In this document: positions 41,208 through 51,619 of the stretch, piece after piece
Position numbering within the stretch: position 1 is the first letter of the stretch
Layout: each line of letters begins with the position of its first letter
Origin: an uncultured Verrucomicrobiae bacterium
Lineage (GTDB): Bacteria; Verrucomicrobiota; Verrucomicrobiia; Chthoniobacterales; JAFAMB01
Length of the DNA stretch: 64,000 nucleotides
Direction: 5' to 3'
Assembly: GCA_963837955.1 (NCBI GenBank)
Contig: CAWIPH010000002.1
Coordinates: 1,248,001-1,312,000, forward strand
Notes under the pieces: generated by a model
The model's database searches: none
The model's input: only the letters and a program-made list of their open reading frames with translations
Told to the model about the DNA's origin: nothing
Position numbers and translations under genes: made by a program

Positions 41208-41887
41208 TGTGGCGACGGTTGCGGACTGCCCTGTGGTTGCGAGCTTGGCCGCAATTCCTGATAGTCGGCTGGAATCACGAAGCTTGCGTCTTCGAGGGTC
41301 GATTCTTCCACTGAATCGAGTGTGGTAACGATTTTCTGCCCGAGCAAGTCGACAGTGGTGCGTATCGGCAATCCTGGATATTTATCCGGGGGAATGGAAA
41401 GCGAATGAAAAAGACTAAGCCCCGGTGCGTCCTGCACCGCGTAAAGCTGCGTCAACAATTCCCGGTATTTCGGAAAGCTTTTTGTTACATCAAGAATGAG
41501 TGGGAGTCCGGCAACTTTCCCAGAATATTCTTCAGTAGCGAACCCATTGATTGTGTCGGTCTTGCCAGTTGCCTGGAAATCGACGTTCTCGCTAGAGTCA
41601 GCTGGAACCGAAAGCAACTTCTTGATCGCTTCAGCCTCAGCATTCAGCTGCTCGGAGCTGACCTTCATGAACATTTTAGGCTGATGCAAAAGAATGACGG
41701 TGCCGGTCTGCGGATCAATCAGCGCGCTCGTATCGGAGCTGGTATCGATCCGGCACTTTGATCCTTTCAGTCTAATAGTTACCTGCTGTCGTTGGCCGAA
41801 ATTCTCAACCGTCTGTTTAATTACGAAGTCGGCCTGCGCAACGGTTGCTAAGCCCAGGAGTAAGGCGGAGAGACAGACGAGTCTCAT
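41204..41887 (-). CDS. Secreted DUF4412-like protein
   Basis: Signal peptide, ATGKTDTINGF..EY, GLPIRT, FVIPADY. Confidence 0.65.
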   Translation of the reverse strand: MRLVCLSALLLGLATVAQADFVIKQTVENFGQRQQVTIRLKGSKCRIDTSSDTSALIDPQTGTVILLHQPKMFMKVSSEQLNAEAEAIKKLLSVPADSSENVDFQATGKTDTINGFATEEYSGKVAGLPLILDVTKSFPKYRELLTQLYAVQDAPGLSLFHSLSIPPDKYPGLPIRTTVDLLGQKIVTTLDSVEESTLEDASFVIPADYQELRPSSQPQGSPQPSPQ

Positions 41888-42068
41888 AAGGTAGAACGTA
41901 TGCGAATGGAATGTTCAGTTGCGCTGGTCATAAGTGCTCTCGTTCGACTGCGCGTTGGCAGTTCCTTTCGTGGATCGCGACGAAATTCGGGTATGCGGGC
42001 TGGCTTCGCAACGGAAAATCCCATTCGCTGACCACTAGCACAGTCACGCGATTTTATTCACGGTTCCG

Positions 42069-43184
42069 GTCCCGCTACGGACGTCAGAACGTAGTCCAGC
42101 AATTTATTGCTGGGTAAATTGTAAACAAAGACGGTACCGTCCCGCCAGGGACGACACGAAAGTAGCCCAGCACGAAGTGCTGGGGAGGCGTTCAAAAAAG
42201 TGACCCGTCCCGGACGGGACGATCGAAAGAGGTTCGCATGGAAATGAGTGGTATTAAGCGAAAGATCAACAAAACGTATAAATATAGTGTTGTGATACTG
42301 ACTGATTCATGCGAGAACATGCTCTCATGGCGCATACATTCTACTCACTGAATGTTCATTGCATTTTTAGTACCAAAGATCGTGTTCCATTACTCAGCCC
42401 TGAGGTTAGAGAACGTCTGTGGCCATACTTGGGCGGTATCGCCAAGCAAAACGGCGTTAGGCCAGCATGCGTTGGGGGTGTCGCAGACCATGCACATCTT
42501 CTACTTTCAATACCGACCACCATGGCGATCGCCAAAGCCATCCAATTGATCAAGGCAGGATCGTCGGCCTGGATACACGATACGTTTCGGGAACTACACA
42601 ACTTTGCGTGGCAAGAAGGTTATGGCGCCTTCAGCGTGAGCGTCTCCCAGGTTGCGGAAACCGTCGAATACATCAAGAACCAAGCCGAGCATCACCGAAC
42701 GCGAAGCTTCCAAGAAGAGTACCTTGCGTTTCTAAAAAAACATAACCTGGAGTTTGACCACAAATATCCCTGGAACTGAGAAACACGCTTCGATCGTCCC
42801 GTCCGGGACGGATCGGTCTTTTGAACGCCACCCAGCACTTCGTGCTGGGCTACTTTCATTGAGTCCCTCCGGGACGAGTCTTCTGCGCATGCTTCTAAGC
42901 CTCATGTTGACGCGCATGCGCGGCCGCGGGAGTGGGCTACTTTCATAACGTCCCTGGCGGGACCGGAACCGCCGTTATCTATCGATCCCCGCAATAAATT
43001 GCTGGGCTTCTTTTCATTGAGTCCCTCGGGGGACGACTCCTCTCCGCGCATATCCTTCCTCTTGTGTTGACGCGCATGCGCAGCCGGGGGACCGGGCTAT
43101 TTTCACGATATCCCTGCCCGGATGGAACCGCCATTTGTCGATCCCGCAACGAATTGCTGGGCCACTTTCGTGACTCCTCGAGGA
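42069..43184. mobile_element. REP cluster around TnpA (REPtron / IS200-like locus)
   Basis: Two left and three right units of GTAGCCCAGCA-N-TGCTGGG plus GTCCC-N-GGGAC hairpins; ~42158-42226 and 42791-42857 are near-perfect inverted copies. Confidence 0.85.
42309..42779 (+). CDS. tnpA: IS200/IS605-family Y1 transposase (RAYT-like)
   Basis: HCIFSTKDR, HUH motif DHAHLL, WQEGYGAFSVS, YIKNQAEHH. Confidence 0.95.
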   Translation: MREHALMAHTFYSLNVHCIFSTKDRVPLLSPEVRERLWPYLGGIAKQNGVRPACVGGVADHAHLLLSIPTTMAIAKAIQLIKAGSSAWIHDTFRELHNFAWQEGYGAFSVSVSQVAETVEYIKNQAEHHRTRSFQEEYLAFLKKHNLEFDHKYPWN

Positions 43185-43190
43185 TGCGGG

Positions 43191-44636
43191 CTACTGCTTG
43201 GTGTAGGCGACGAGACTGATGCGTTGTGGCAGCAGGAACATAATTCGTCGGCCAAAAAACGACGCTTTTCGCAATCTCCAGCGAGCAAAATCATACCCCG
43301 TAACGGAGGTTGTTTGCCAGGAAGGATCGATCTCGCCGATCTTCTGATCGGAGGAAACCACACACGCCGCAGGACCGGGTTCATTCATGAAATGATTCAA
43401 TTCGCCCGGCTCCAACCTCTGATGAAAGGGCTTGGTCTTATACCGAAGATACCAGATGAGACTCTGTTCATCGTATCCGATCGAGGCGGTACGGGTTGAG
43501 GGTGAAAGCTGCCCTGCGATCTGCTCGAAAATAGTTTTCGAAGGAAAGGATGGGGCTATCAACTTGAATCCGATGGTAGCAACGAGCAGATAAGCGCCAA
43601 TCGCAAGCACCGCGAGAACCCGGCTCAAACGACTATCATGGATCGTTCGCCCCACCAAAATAGCGATGAGCGGGAAGGCCGGTAGGGTGTAATGCGGCAA
43701 CTTCGTCTGCAGGAGAGTGAATACGAGAAAGACGACACCTATCCCAGAGAGCGCATAGCGCTCGAATGTATCAAGCCCAACCCACAACCGCTGAACGGCT
43801 GCCGGTAGAAATAGGGACCATGGGAAAAAGCTGAAGAAGACAGTAACGAAATAGAACGGCAGGAGCAGAAAGTAGCCGCCCCATCCGGAAGCGCCATGGC
43901 TCTGTAACGGTGCTACCGATCGCATCACCACGTGTTTGCCGATACCAACCTGGAAGAATTCGCCGTGCGTTAGAACAAGCGCGGGTATTCCCCAAATTCC
44001 AATGATCACCAGTACGAGGAAGAACCCGGAGAGCGCGGATTGCAGTCGAAGACGCAACGGTGTTCGCGTCCAAAGATGGAAGAGCAGCAACGCCACGACC
44101 GGCAGAAAGGCGACAGGGCCTTTCGCCAAAAAACCGCCAGCCAATGAAAGGTAGAAACAACTCCAAAGGAGCAGCGATCGTTGCCCCTGGCTCCTTTCCC
44201 ACGCGGCCCAACTTGTCGCGATAAAAAAGAAAATCATCGGCATGTCAGCGACCGCCGCACGGCCATGAATGAAGATTTGGAGACAGGTCCCGAAGATCAA
44301 ACCAGACCAGAAGCCGACTGAAGCACCATACAATCGAGTGGCCCAGGCCGCGGTCAGGACTACAGCCGCAGCTGCAAATAGGGCGGATGGAAACCGGACA
44401 GCAAAATCGCTCTCGCCGAAAATCGTGCTGCTGGCGACCTGGCACCAGTAGATTAATGGCGGCTTATCAAAGCGATATGCTCCGTTCACTCGCGGAATGA
44501 CGAAGTCGCCGCTTTGCCTCATCTCTCGGGAGGCCTCCGCAAATCGCGGTTCGTCTCGGTCGATGAGCGGCAGCGTGTTGTTGCCTAGTGATTCCAGTAG
44601 TAAGACAGGAAGAAAAAGGAATAGAAGCAGGCGCAT
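43191..44636 (-). CDS. ArnT/GT39-like membrane glycosyltransferase
   Basis: DRDEPRFAEASREM, DKPPLIYW, LAKGPV, TKLPHYTLP. Confidence 0.9.
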   Translation of the reverse strand: MRLLLFLFLPVLLLESLGNNTLPLIDRDEPRFAEASREMRQSGDFVIPRVNGAYRFDKPPLIYWCQVASSTIFGESDFAVRFPSALFAAAAVVLTAAWATRLYGASVGFWSGLIFGTCLQIFIHGRAAVADMPMIFFFIATSWAAWERSQGQRSLLLWSCFYLSLAGGFLAKGPVAFLPVVALLLFHLWTRTPLRLRLQSALSGFFLVLVIIGIWGIPALVLTHGEFFQVGIGKHVVMRSVAPLQSHGASGWGGYFLLLPFYFVTVFFSFFPWSLFLPAAVQRLWVGLDTFERYALSGIGVVFLVFTLLQTKLPHYTLPAFPLIAILVGRTIHDSRLSRVLAVLAIGAYLLVATIGFKLIAPSFPSKTIFEQIAGQLSPSTRTASIGYDEQSLIWYLRYKTKPFHQRLEPGELNHFMNEPGPAACVVSSDQKIGEIDPSWQTTSVTGYDFARWRLRKASFFGRRIMFLLPQRISLVAYTKQ

Positions 44637-44692
44637 TTCGGTAGCAATGATCGAGTCGACAAGACGCAGCAGAATGGCACAAGGTTGAGACA

Positions 44693-45376
44693 ATGGAAGA
44701 TCGGAAGCTACCGGAAGAGAACAAACGGAGACGTGCTTGGACAAAAGGTATTGTCTGGTTTTTTGTCCTGATCGTTGCTGCTCTGGTCGGATTTTTGCTG
44801 GACCCGCTCATTTTGCAGGCCGCGGCCGAGCATTCCAATAAGTCGCTTAGGAATTTCGCCGGCCTCCTTTCAAAAATTGGAGATTGGCCAGAGTTGATGA
44901 TTTTTGGCTTGGTCGTGTTGTTCTTGGTCCGGAACAATCGACGTTTAGTTAATGCCGTTCTTTGCATGATGATTGCCGCTACTCTGGCGGGAGCCGCGGT
45001 GAACAGTATTCGGCTGTTGTCCGGTCGGGCCCGCCCAAATAACACCGAAGTCGTGCCTGGATGGTACGGCGTCTGGCACGATGGCAAGTGGTTACTCGAC
45101 AAGTATAAGTATCATTCTTTTCCTTCCGGACACACGGGCTCGGCCGTGGCGTTCTTCGGTGTGCTCGGATTCGCGTTTCGGCGATGGTATTGGGCTTTTC
45201 TCCTGATCGGCTTGGCTATCGGCTGGTCCCGAATCTGTCTCAACGCCCATTATTTCTCGGACGTGCTTGTCGGCGCGGTAATCGGACTTTACTTCGCTCA
45301 ATTCACCTGGGAACGGATTGGGCCATGGCTAGAGGAGAGGTGGAGGAAGGAAAGGCAGAGCGGAGTACAGGAGTGA
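44693..45376 (+). CDS. PAP2-family phosphatase
   Basis: GRARP, SFPSGH, SRICLNAHYFSDV. Confidence 0.92.
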   Translation: MEDRKLPEENKRRRAWTKGIVWFFVLIVAALVGFLLDPLILQAAAEHSNKSLRNFAGLLSKIGDWPELMIFGLVVLFLVRNNRRLVNAVLCMMIAATLAGAAVNSIRLLSGRARPNNTEVVPGWYGVWHDGKWLLDKYKYHSFPSGHTGSAVAFFGVLGFAFRRWYWAFLLIGLAIGWSRICLNAHYFSDVLVGAVIGLYFAQFTWERIGPWLEERWRKERQSGVQE

Positions 45377-45871
45377 TGGAGTATTGGAGTAATGCCTTAG
45401 CAGTGGTCGGAGTCAGCGGCCATGTAAATGCTGTTGGATTCGCTGACGATCAGCGTTTCGGTCCAGGTGCCGGAATCTCGTTTGCGTTCTAGAGATTCAA
45501 CAAGACGCAGAAGGCCGTTTTCCAATTTGAATGCTTGGCCATCGAGTATTTCGAAATCCTCATCGCCGAGTTGATTTGCCTTCTGGTAGGCGTGATAGCC
45601 CGAGACGCTCTCTCCGAGCGAAGCGAGTGCAATGTAAAGGTATTGGATGTATTCTCGAATTGACCTGCGACAATAGCCCTCAGCAATATTCCGGTGGATG
45701 GAATCGCTAGAGGCGATCGCCTGAGCAACAACGCGCTTCATTTCGAAGGGGAATGGCTTTAGTAGGCGGCAGGTCTCGACGTACAAAGCGATGGCATCCT
45801 GCCAGACCCGGAGCTTCTGGTAACCACGATTCCTGTTCTTTCTTTCCATCACTCCATTACTCCATTACTCC
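45362..45871. repeat. Inverted octamer arrays flanking the four-helix-bundle gene
   Basis: 4x GGAGTRNN (45362-45393) and 3x ATYACTCC (45848-45871). Confidence 0.85.
45397..45849 (-). CDS. Four-helix-bundle protein (23S rRNA IVP / Avd-like family)
   Basis: YQKLRVWQDAI, SIHRNIAEGYCRRS..EYIQYLYIALASLGE. Confidence 0.9.
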   Translation of the reverse strand: MERKNRNRGYQKLRVWQDAIALYVETCRLLKPFPFEMKRVVAQAIASSDSIHRNIAEGYCRRSIREYIQYLYIALASLGESVSGYHAYQKANQLGDEDFEILDGQAFKLENGLLRLVESLERKRDSGTWTETLIVSESNSIYMAADSDHC

Positions 45872-45883
45872 ATTTCTGCTTTC

Positions 45884-47024
45884 TCACACCTCTTCCTCGC
45901 TAGCGCCCTTCTTGTTCGTCAATCCGCGCAATTTACCCTCGATAAAGGCGTCCAAATCGCCGTCCATCACCGCCTGCACATTGCTAGTCTCGATTCCAGT
46001 CCGGTGATCCTTGACTATCTGATAGGGCTGAAACACGTAAGAGCGAATCTGGCTACCCCACGCTATATCCCCCTTCTCGCCATACTGCCGGTCCAGCTCG
46101 GCGCGTTTCTTATCCTGTTCGATCTGATAAAGCTTTGCTTTCAACATGTTCAGCGCCAGTTGACGGTTCCGGCCTTGGCTCCGTTCCGCTTGACATGCCA
46201 CCACAATGCCAGTTGGCAGGTGGGTGAGTCGAACCGCAGTCTCGACCTTGTTCACGTTCTGGCCGCCTTTGCCGCCGCTTCGAAAAGTGTCAATGACGAG
46301 GTCGCTTTCGTTGATCTCGATGTCGACGTTCTCTGCCAATTCCGGAACGACGTCGACGCTGGCAAACGAGGTATGCCTGCGCTTATTTGAATCAAACGGA
46401 GAGATACGCACCAGCCGATGCACTCCACGTTCGGTTTGTAAGTAGCCGTAACCATAGTCACCGGCCACGCGCACCGTGACCGATTTGACGCCGGCTTCGT
46501 CACCTTGCTGGATGTCAACGATTTGGCTGGAGAAACCGCTTCGTTCTATCCAGCGCTGATACATCCGCAGAAGCATGTCTGCCCAATCACACGATTCGGT
46601 ACCGCCGGCGCCCGCGTGGATAGTCAAAAAGGCGTTGTTCTTGTCGAATTCACCGGACAAAAGCATTTTCAACTCGAATTTTTCGAGTTCACCCAGAACA
46701 GCTCCATAGTCCTGCCGAATCTCACGAAACGCAGTCGCTTGAGTGTCCGAATCACTTTCCTCCTCAGCCAGCGAACGTAAGATCTCGAGATCGTCGGTTT
46801 TCTGGATGAGCTCCGCAAGCGGCTGCACCTTGGCTCGGATCAAGCTGGTTTCGTCGATGACTTTTTGTGCTTGCTCTTTGCTGTTCCAGAAATCGGAAGC
46901 AGCCATTTTATCTTCTAATTCTGCCAGACGGGCCTGGAGCTTGGTGTAGTCAAAGATACCTCCGCAGCTCGCCGATGCGCGACTTGAGTTCGTCTGTGCG
47001 AATCGCCTGAAAATCGACTTCCAT
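45884..47024 (-). CDS. prfB: Peptide chain release factor 2 with programmed +1 frameshift
   Basis: ATG at 47024, 24 codons, then CTT TGA C; SPF and GGQ motifs downstream. Confidence 0.97.
46949..46964 (-). promoter_or_regulatory. prfB autoregulatory frameshift site
   Basis: CGGAGG-TAT-CTT-TGA-C: internal SD plus shifty stop. Confidence 0.95.
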
Positions 47025-47095
47025 AAGTTTAGAACGGTGGCGTAGGGCGGAAACGAAGTAAAGAGCGACGTAGGTGCTGGGATCGGTGATCGGTT

Positions 47096-47365
47096 AAAGC
47101 GCGTGACATGTGAAACAAAGCAAATGTTGAGACGCACCTTCAGTGCTCCCCGGGGCTTCGCCTGGGCGAAGCCCTCTGGTCACGTCATTCATTGATTCGA
47201 TAATATTCGACGCCGCGGTCAGGCTACGAGATTTGGCGTTCGGTTGATGACGGCCGTTGGGTAGAAGATTTCTTGCGCTCCTTCAGAGCGGACGCGCATT
47301 TTTGGGTTACCCAGGGTTACGCAAAGCCTCCACCCTGGGCTGAGTCCTTTAACGCCTTCGGCGTA
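47096..47365. repeat. Partial family-B REP elements
   Basis: AAAGCGCGTGACA..GAGACGCACCTTCAGTGC shared with 61386-61437; CCCAGGG..CCCTGGGC..CGCCTTCGGCG. Confidence 0.7.
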
Positions 47366-47398
47366 CCAACCTGTAACTTGCAACTTGTAACCTCTCCT

Positions 47399-47890
47399 TC
47401 ACGACAAATTCGTTTGTCTCAACGCGACGAGATCGGGGTCGGTTTGCGCGCTCACCCTAAAGGCCGGATCGAGCTTGCAGGCTTGCTGCAGATATAATTT
47501 GGCCTCGCTCAGCTGGTCCAACTGAGCATGATAGCAAGCCAAATTGAAGTGGATCGTCGCACAATTCGGAAACGAGAGAATCGCTTCTTCTAACACACTC
47601 AAAGCTGCCGCCAAACTGATTGCGCGCCGAGTTGCAAAAGCCAGTGCGACCGGCCAATTTGGATCCTGAGGCTCGCGACTGGCCAGGCGTTCTGCAACTG
47701 ACATGGCTTCAGACCATTTCTCCCATCCTTGATATAACTCCAGCCAAGCGATTAGGATAGGCGTAGAGTCCCGAACCGATTTGGGCAATTCTTCGAGTTC
47801 GCGGACCGCCTCTTGAAACATCTTTAGATCCGTAAACCCGCTGGAAGCGAGAATGCTCCGTCGAATTTGGGATTCAGTCCACTCTTCCAA
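47399..47890 (-). CDS. TPR-containing protein
   Basis: IHFNLACYHAQL..A..LDP..AQTDPDL. Confidence 0.8.
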   Translation of the reverse strand: MEEWTESQIRRSILASSGFTDLKMFQEAVRELEELPKSVRDSTPILIAWLELYQGWEKWSEAMSVAERLASREPQDPNWPVALAFATRRAISLAAALSVLEEAILSFPNCATIHFNLACYHAQLDQLSEAKLYLQQACKLDPAFRVSAQTDPDLVALRQTNLS

Positions 47891-47991
47891 ACAAATCCTC
47901 TCGAGGGTTAGAGGTTAGCAGATTCTAGATTCTGCGAGCTGCTTCGATTGAAGGGAAACGGCAAACGGCTAACCGTCAACCAAAAAACAGA

Positions 47992-49793
47992 CTAATATAC
48001 ATCTCGCTGATAGCGTTTATCGCGACGCAACCCAGCCATGTACTCTTCGGTCTGGCCGTCGGATAGATTCCCGGCGGTTTGGCAAATTTGGCGAAGCGCG
48101 TTGTCGACATCTTTCGCCATTCGCTTGGCGTCTCCGCAGACATAGACATGGGACCCGCGCTGGAGCCAATTCCAGACCTCGTTGGCGCGCTCTAACAAGC
48201 GATGTTGGACGTAAATCTTATGGTCCTGGTCCCGCGAAAATGCGGTGTCTAAGCGTGTCAATATTCCCTTTTCCACCATTTGCGACAGTTCGGCCTGATA
48301 GAAGAAATCACTGGTTGCGCGCTGCTCCCCGAAGAATAACCAGTTTGCTCCTGTAGCGCCGGTCGCCTGCCGTTCCTGCAGAAATGCCCGAAATGGAGCT
48401 ACGCCGGTTCCTGGTCCGATCATGATGATCGATAGCGTCGGATCCGTTGGTAGCCGAAAGTTTGGCGAGTGATGAACAAAGACCGGAAGTGAGCCGCCGG
48501 ATTGGATTCGATCTGCCAAAAAGGTGGAGCAGATTCCTTTGCGGCACTGTTGCGCACTTGATACCGAACAATACTGACCGTGAGATGCACCTCTCCCGGT
48601 ACCGCTTTGAGGCTTGATGAAATCGAGTAGAGGCGGGGTTGCAGCTTGCGAAGATGAGGCACCAACTCGGCCGGTCCCAGCGTAAGTCCCGGATATGCAA
48701 GTAAGAGATCAAGGAGATCCCGTTCCTCCAGAAGCGCTTTTTGCGCGCTTGTCTTCGCCGGAGAGAGCAGAGCTTGGAGTTCGGAATCGCCGGTTCTAGC
48801 GGCGACTTCTTTTAAAAATGCTGACTGCAGTCGGTTTACGTCGTAGCATTGGGAGAGGGCAAGACGGAAACTCGTCTCGGAACCGTCTGGAGCTGCCACT
48901 GCTTCCTCTCCATCGCAGCCTAAGGACTGAATTATTTGATCGACGAGCTGAGGGCAATTGGCGGGGAAAATCCCAAGGGCGTCCCCGACTTCGTAAGACG
49001 GGCCGTCTGGACCAAGGGCAATTTCGAAATGCCGTGTTTCCTTCTCAGAGCCTTCCCCATTTAGCAGGCGATTGACCAACAAACGTGCGGGGAAAGGACG
49101 TTCCTTTGTCCCGATTTTTGGCGGAGAAGCGGTACCGGAGGGCGATGCTGCGTTTGGCGGCATTGCTGCGGCAGAGTTGGACGCCTTCACCGATTCGACC
49201 CTTGGTTTCGCTGCTTCGAGCACACTGAAAACACCGTCCATCCAGCCTTGGGCTGGTTTTTCAAAATCTACGTCGCAGTCCATCCGCTCGAATAGACATT
49301 TGGCGCCAAGAAGGCTGAGCTGGTGGTCGAAATCTTTGCCGCACTTGCAAAAATGTTCGTAGTTAGTATCTCCGAGGGCCAACACAGAATATTGCAGATG
49401 ACTAAGCGAGAATCCGGGCGGCGGCTGCATGAGTTCCGCGTGAAAGGTTTTCGCGTTGCCCGGTGGGTCTCCGTCCCCATATGTGCTCGTAACGAATAGC
49501 ACGAACTCCTGAGAAGTAAGCGAGCCGAGATTGACCTTGTCCAAGCAGACTGCCGCGGAGTCGAAACCGTGTTGGACCGCCGCTTTGGAAAGCCGCTTCG
49601 AGAACGCCTCCGCATTGCCAGTTTCGCTCCCATAATAGATCGCAATCTCTTTACGCGGGCTAGCCGGTTGATCTTCAACGTTGCTCTGTGAAAATAGACC
49701 CGCCAGAAACCCGTTGAGCCACGCGCGTTGGGCGGGGGAGAACGGAGCGTTTTCCGGAACGAAAGGTACCGGCTGGGGGTGATGTAAAGTCAT
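47992..49793 (-). CDS. CysJ-like sulfite/nitrite reductase flavoprotein, apparent frameshift near 48545
   Basis: PENAPFSPAQRAWLNG, YGSETGNAE, STYGDGDPP, RLYSISS, then shifted-frame GICSTFL, GPGTGVAPFR, YVCGDA, RYQRDVY. Confidence 0.88.
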
Positions 49794-49798
49794 TGGAG

Positions 49799-51584
49799 TT
49801 ACTCGTTGGAAAAGATCTCCTGTAGCTGCTTTACCTCGTGCCTCGACACGAACTGGATGAATGATTCGTTCCCTGACCTGCGCTCTAGATAGATTTTCAT
49901 AACTTTCTCCAATAAGCGGCGGCAGCTCCGAGAAAGGGACGTTATGAAATACCTGCTTGCCCAGCAGTTGTTCATACCCAGATCGTCCACCAAAAAAGAC
50001 ATGGTAAGCTTCTCGCTGGTTTTCATTATGTCCGATTTTCACGCCGAGTAAGCCGATGTCGCCTATGTAATGCTGCGCACAGGAATTCGGACAACCGGTC
50101 AAATGGATATTAATCGGTTGATCGAGATGAACTCTCCGCTCCAGATACCGGGCGAGTTCAATCGCCTGGCCTTTCGTGTTCGTCGCGGCGAATTTGCATC
50201 CGGTATTTCCAGTGCACGCGATCACGCCACCGGTGATGCTGGCGGCTTCGTGATGCAGTCCAATTCGAACCAGATTGCGTTTGACTGTCTCCACAAACCC
50301 GTCGGGGATATCCGGCAAGATTAAGTTTTGCCAAACTGTCAGCCGGAGATCTCCTGAACCATAGTTGCGGGCTAGATCGGCGATTCGTCGCATTTGCCGA
50401 ACCCGAAGCCGTCCGACCGGAATGGCAACGCCGATGTAGTTACGATTCTTCTGCGATTGTTTATAAACCCCGAGATGCCCATGCAAAACTGGCGGGTGAG
50501 GAGGGACGCACTTTTCCAGAGGGAAGAAAGTCAGCGGAAAAGAAAGCTTCTTCTCTACCTCTTCGAGAAACTTCGGGATTCCCCAACGATCGATCAGATA
50601 TTTGAGTCGTGCCTTTTTGCGGTTTGTCCGATCGCCGTGTTCTATGAACACCCGGATAATGGCCGCGCCGACCGCAATCGACTGCTCCGGTAGGACGATA
50701 ATCCCCGCGTCGGCGGCAAACTGTTGATGTCCGGTAATCCCCGCGAGATGCACTCGGAAGTAGACGCCGGCGGGCACCGTTTCGCCTTCCTTCACTTTTG
50801 TGGCGACAAACCCGATATCGTTTGTATCGGCGACCACGCTCACGCTGCCGCCGCCATCAAACCCAACATTAAATTTGCGCGGAAGATCATAAAGATCGCG
50901 GTTATTGAGGATGTAATAATGCAGCGCTTTGGCGTACGGCTGCGTATCGAGAATCTCCGAGGGATCGAATCCCGCTGTAGGAGATGCAGTGATGTTTCGG
51001 ACGTTATCTACCCCTGAGCCTCGCGAAGTGAGTCCCAGCTCTTGCAGCTTGAGAAGCACTTTGACGATGTGTTTCGGTGCGATCTCCCGGATCTGCATGT
51101 TCGCTCGCGTCGTGATATCCGCATAACCTTTGCCCCAGTCTTCTGCGATCTCCGAGAGACCCCGGAACTGTTCAGCAGTCAGCTGGCCCGCGGGGACCCG
51201 GCAGCGGAGCATGAAAGCATCCTGGGCAGGAGCGACATAGAAAAGGCCGTGATAACGGAATCGGAACGTATCCGCCTTGTCTGGGAACTTATTCTCTTCA
51301 GCGTGCGCCAAGAGTTTGTCCCAGACGTCCAACCCGTGTTGCTCTAGTTTCCAGGTCTCCTGTTCACAAAGATCAGAGATAGGGGTTCCGAAAACAGTTC
51401 CCTCTTCTGCAGTCGGCTGAGCCGCAAGATTGGCAACCCCTTGTCCGGCTTGCGCCGTAAATTTTCCATTTGGCAGTTGTCCAACAAAAGGGGAAACAGC
51501 CCGAGCTGTTACTCCTGCGAAAAAGCCCTGTAAATATTCTTTCTGCTCTTCGGTGAATTTCTCACCGGCTTGGATGGATTCCAT
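49799..51584 (-). CDS. nirA: Nitrite reductase NirA family, apparent frameshift near 49914
   Basis: ACTGNTGC..TGCPNSC siroheme/FeS motifs; natural C-terminus (YLERR..ESF..FV.RH) lies in another frame ending at 49799. Confidence 0.88.
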
Positions 51585-51619
51585 GAACGTGTTAGACGAC
51601 CCACGAGATCAATCTGGAA

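Noticed and set aside
45397..45849. Diversity-generating retroelement
   Set aside because: Avd-like fold only; no reverse transcriptase or TR/VR pair in the window
47025..47137. N-terminal extension of RF2 in the ORF track
   Set aside because: Artefact of the programmed frameshift; the true start is 47024
48420..51584. Genuine NirA-flavoprotein fusion of 1054 aa
   Set aside because: The junction is out-of-frame sequence; the natural NirA C-terminus and a separate ATG (49793) are visible
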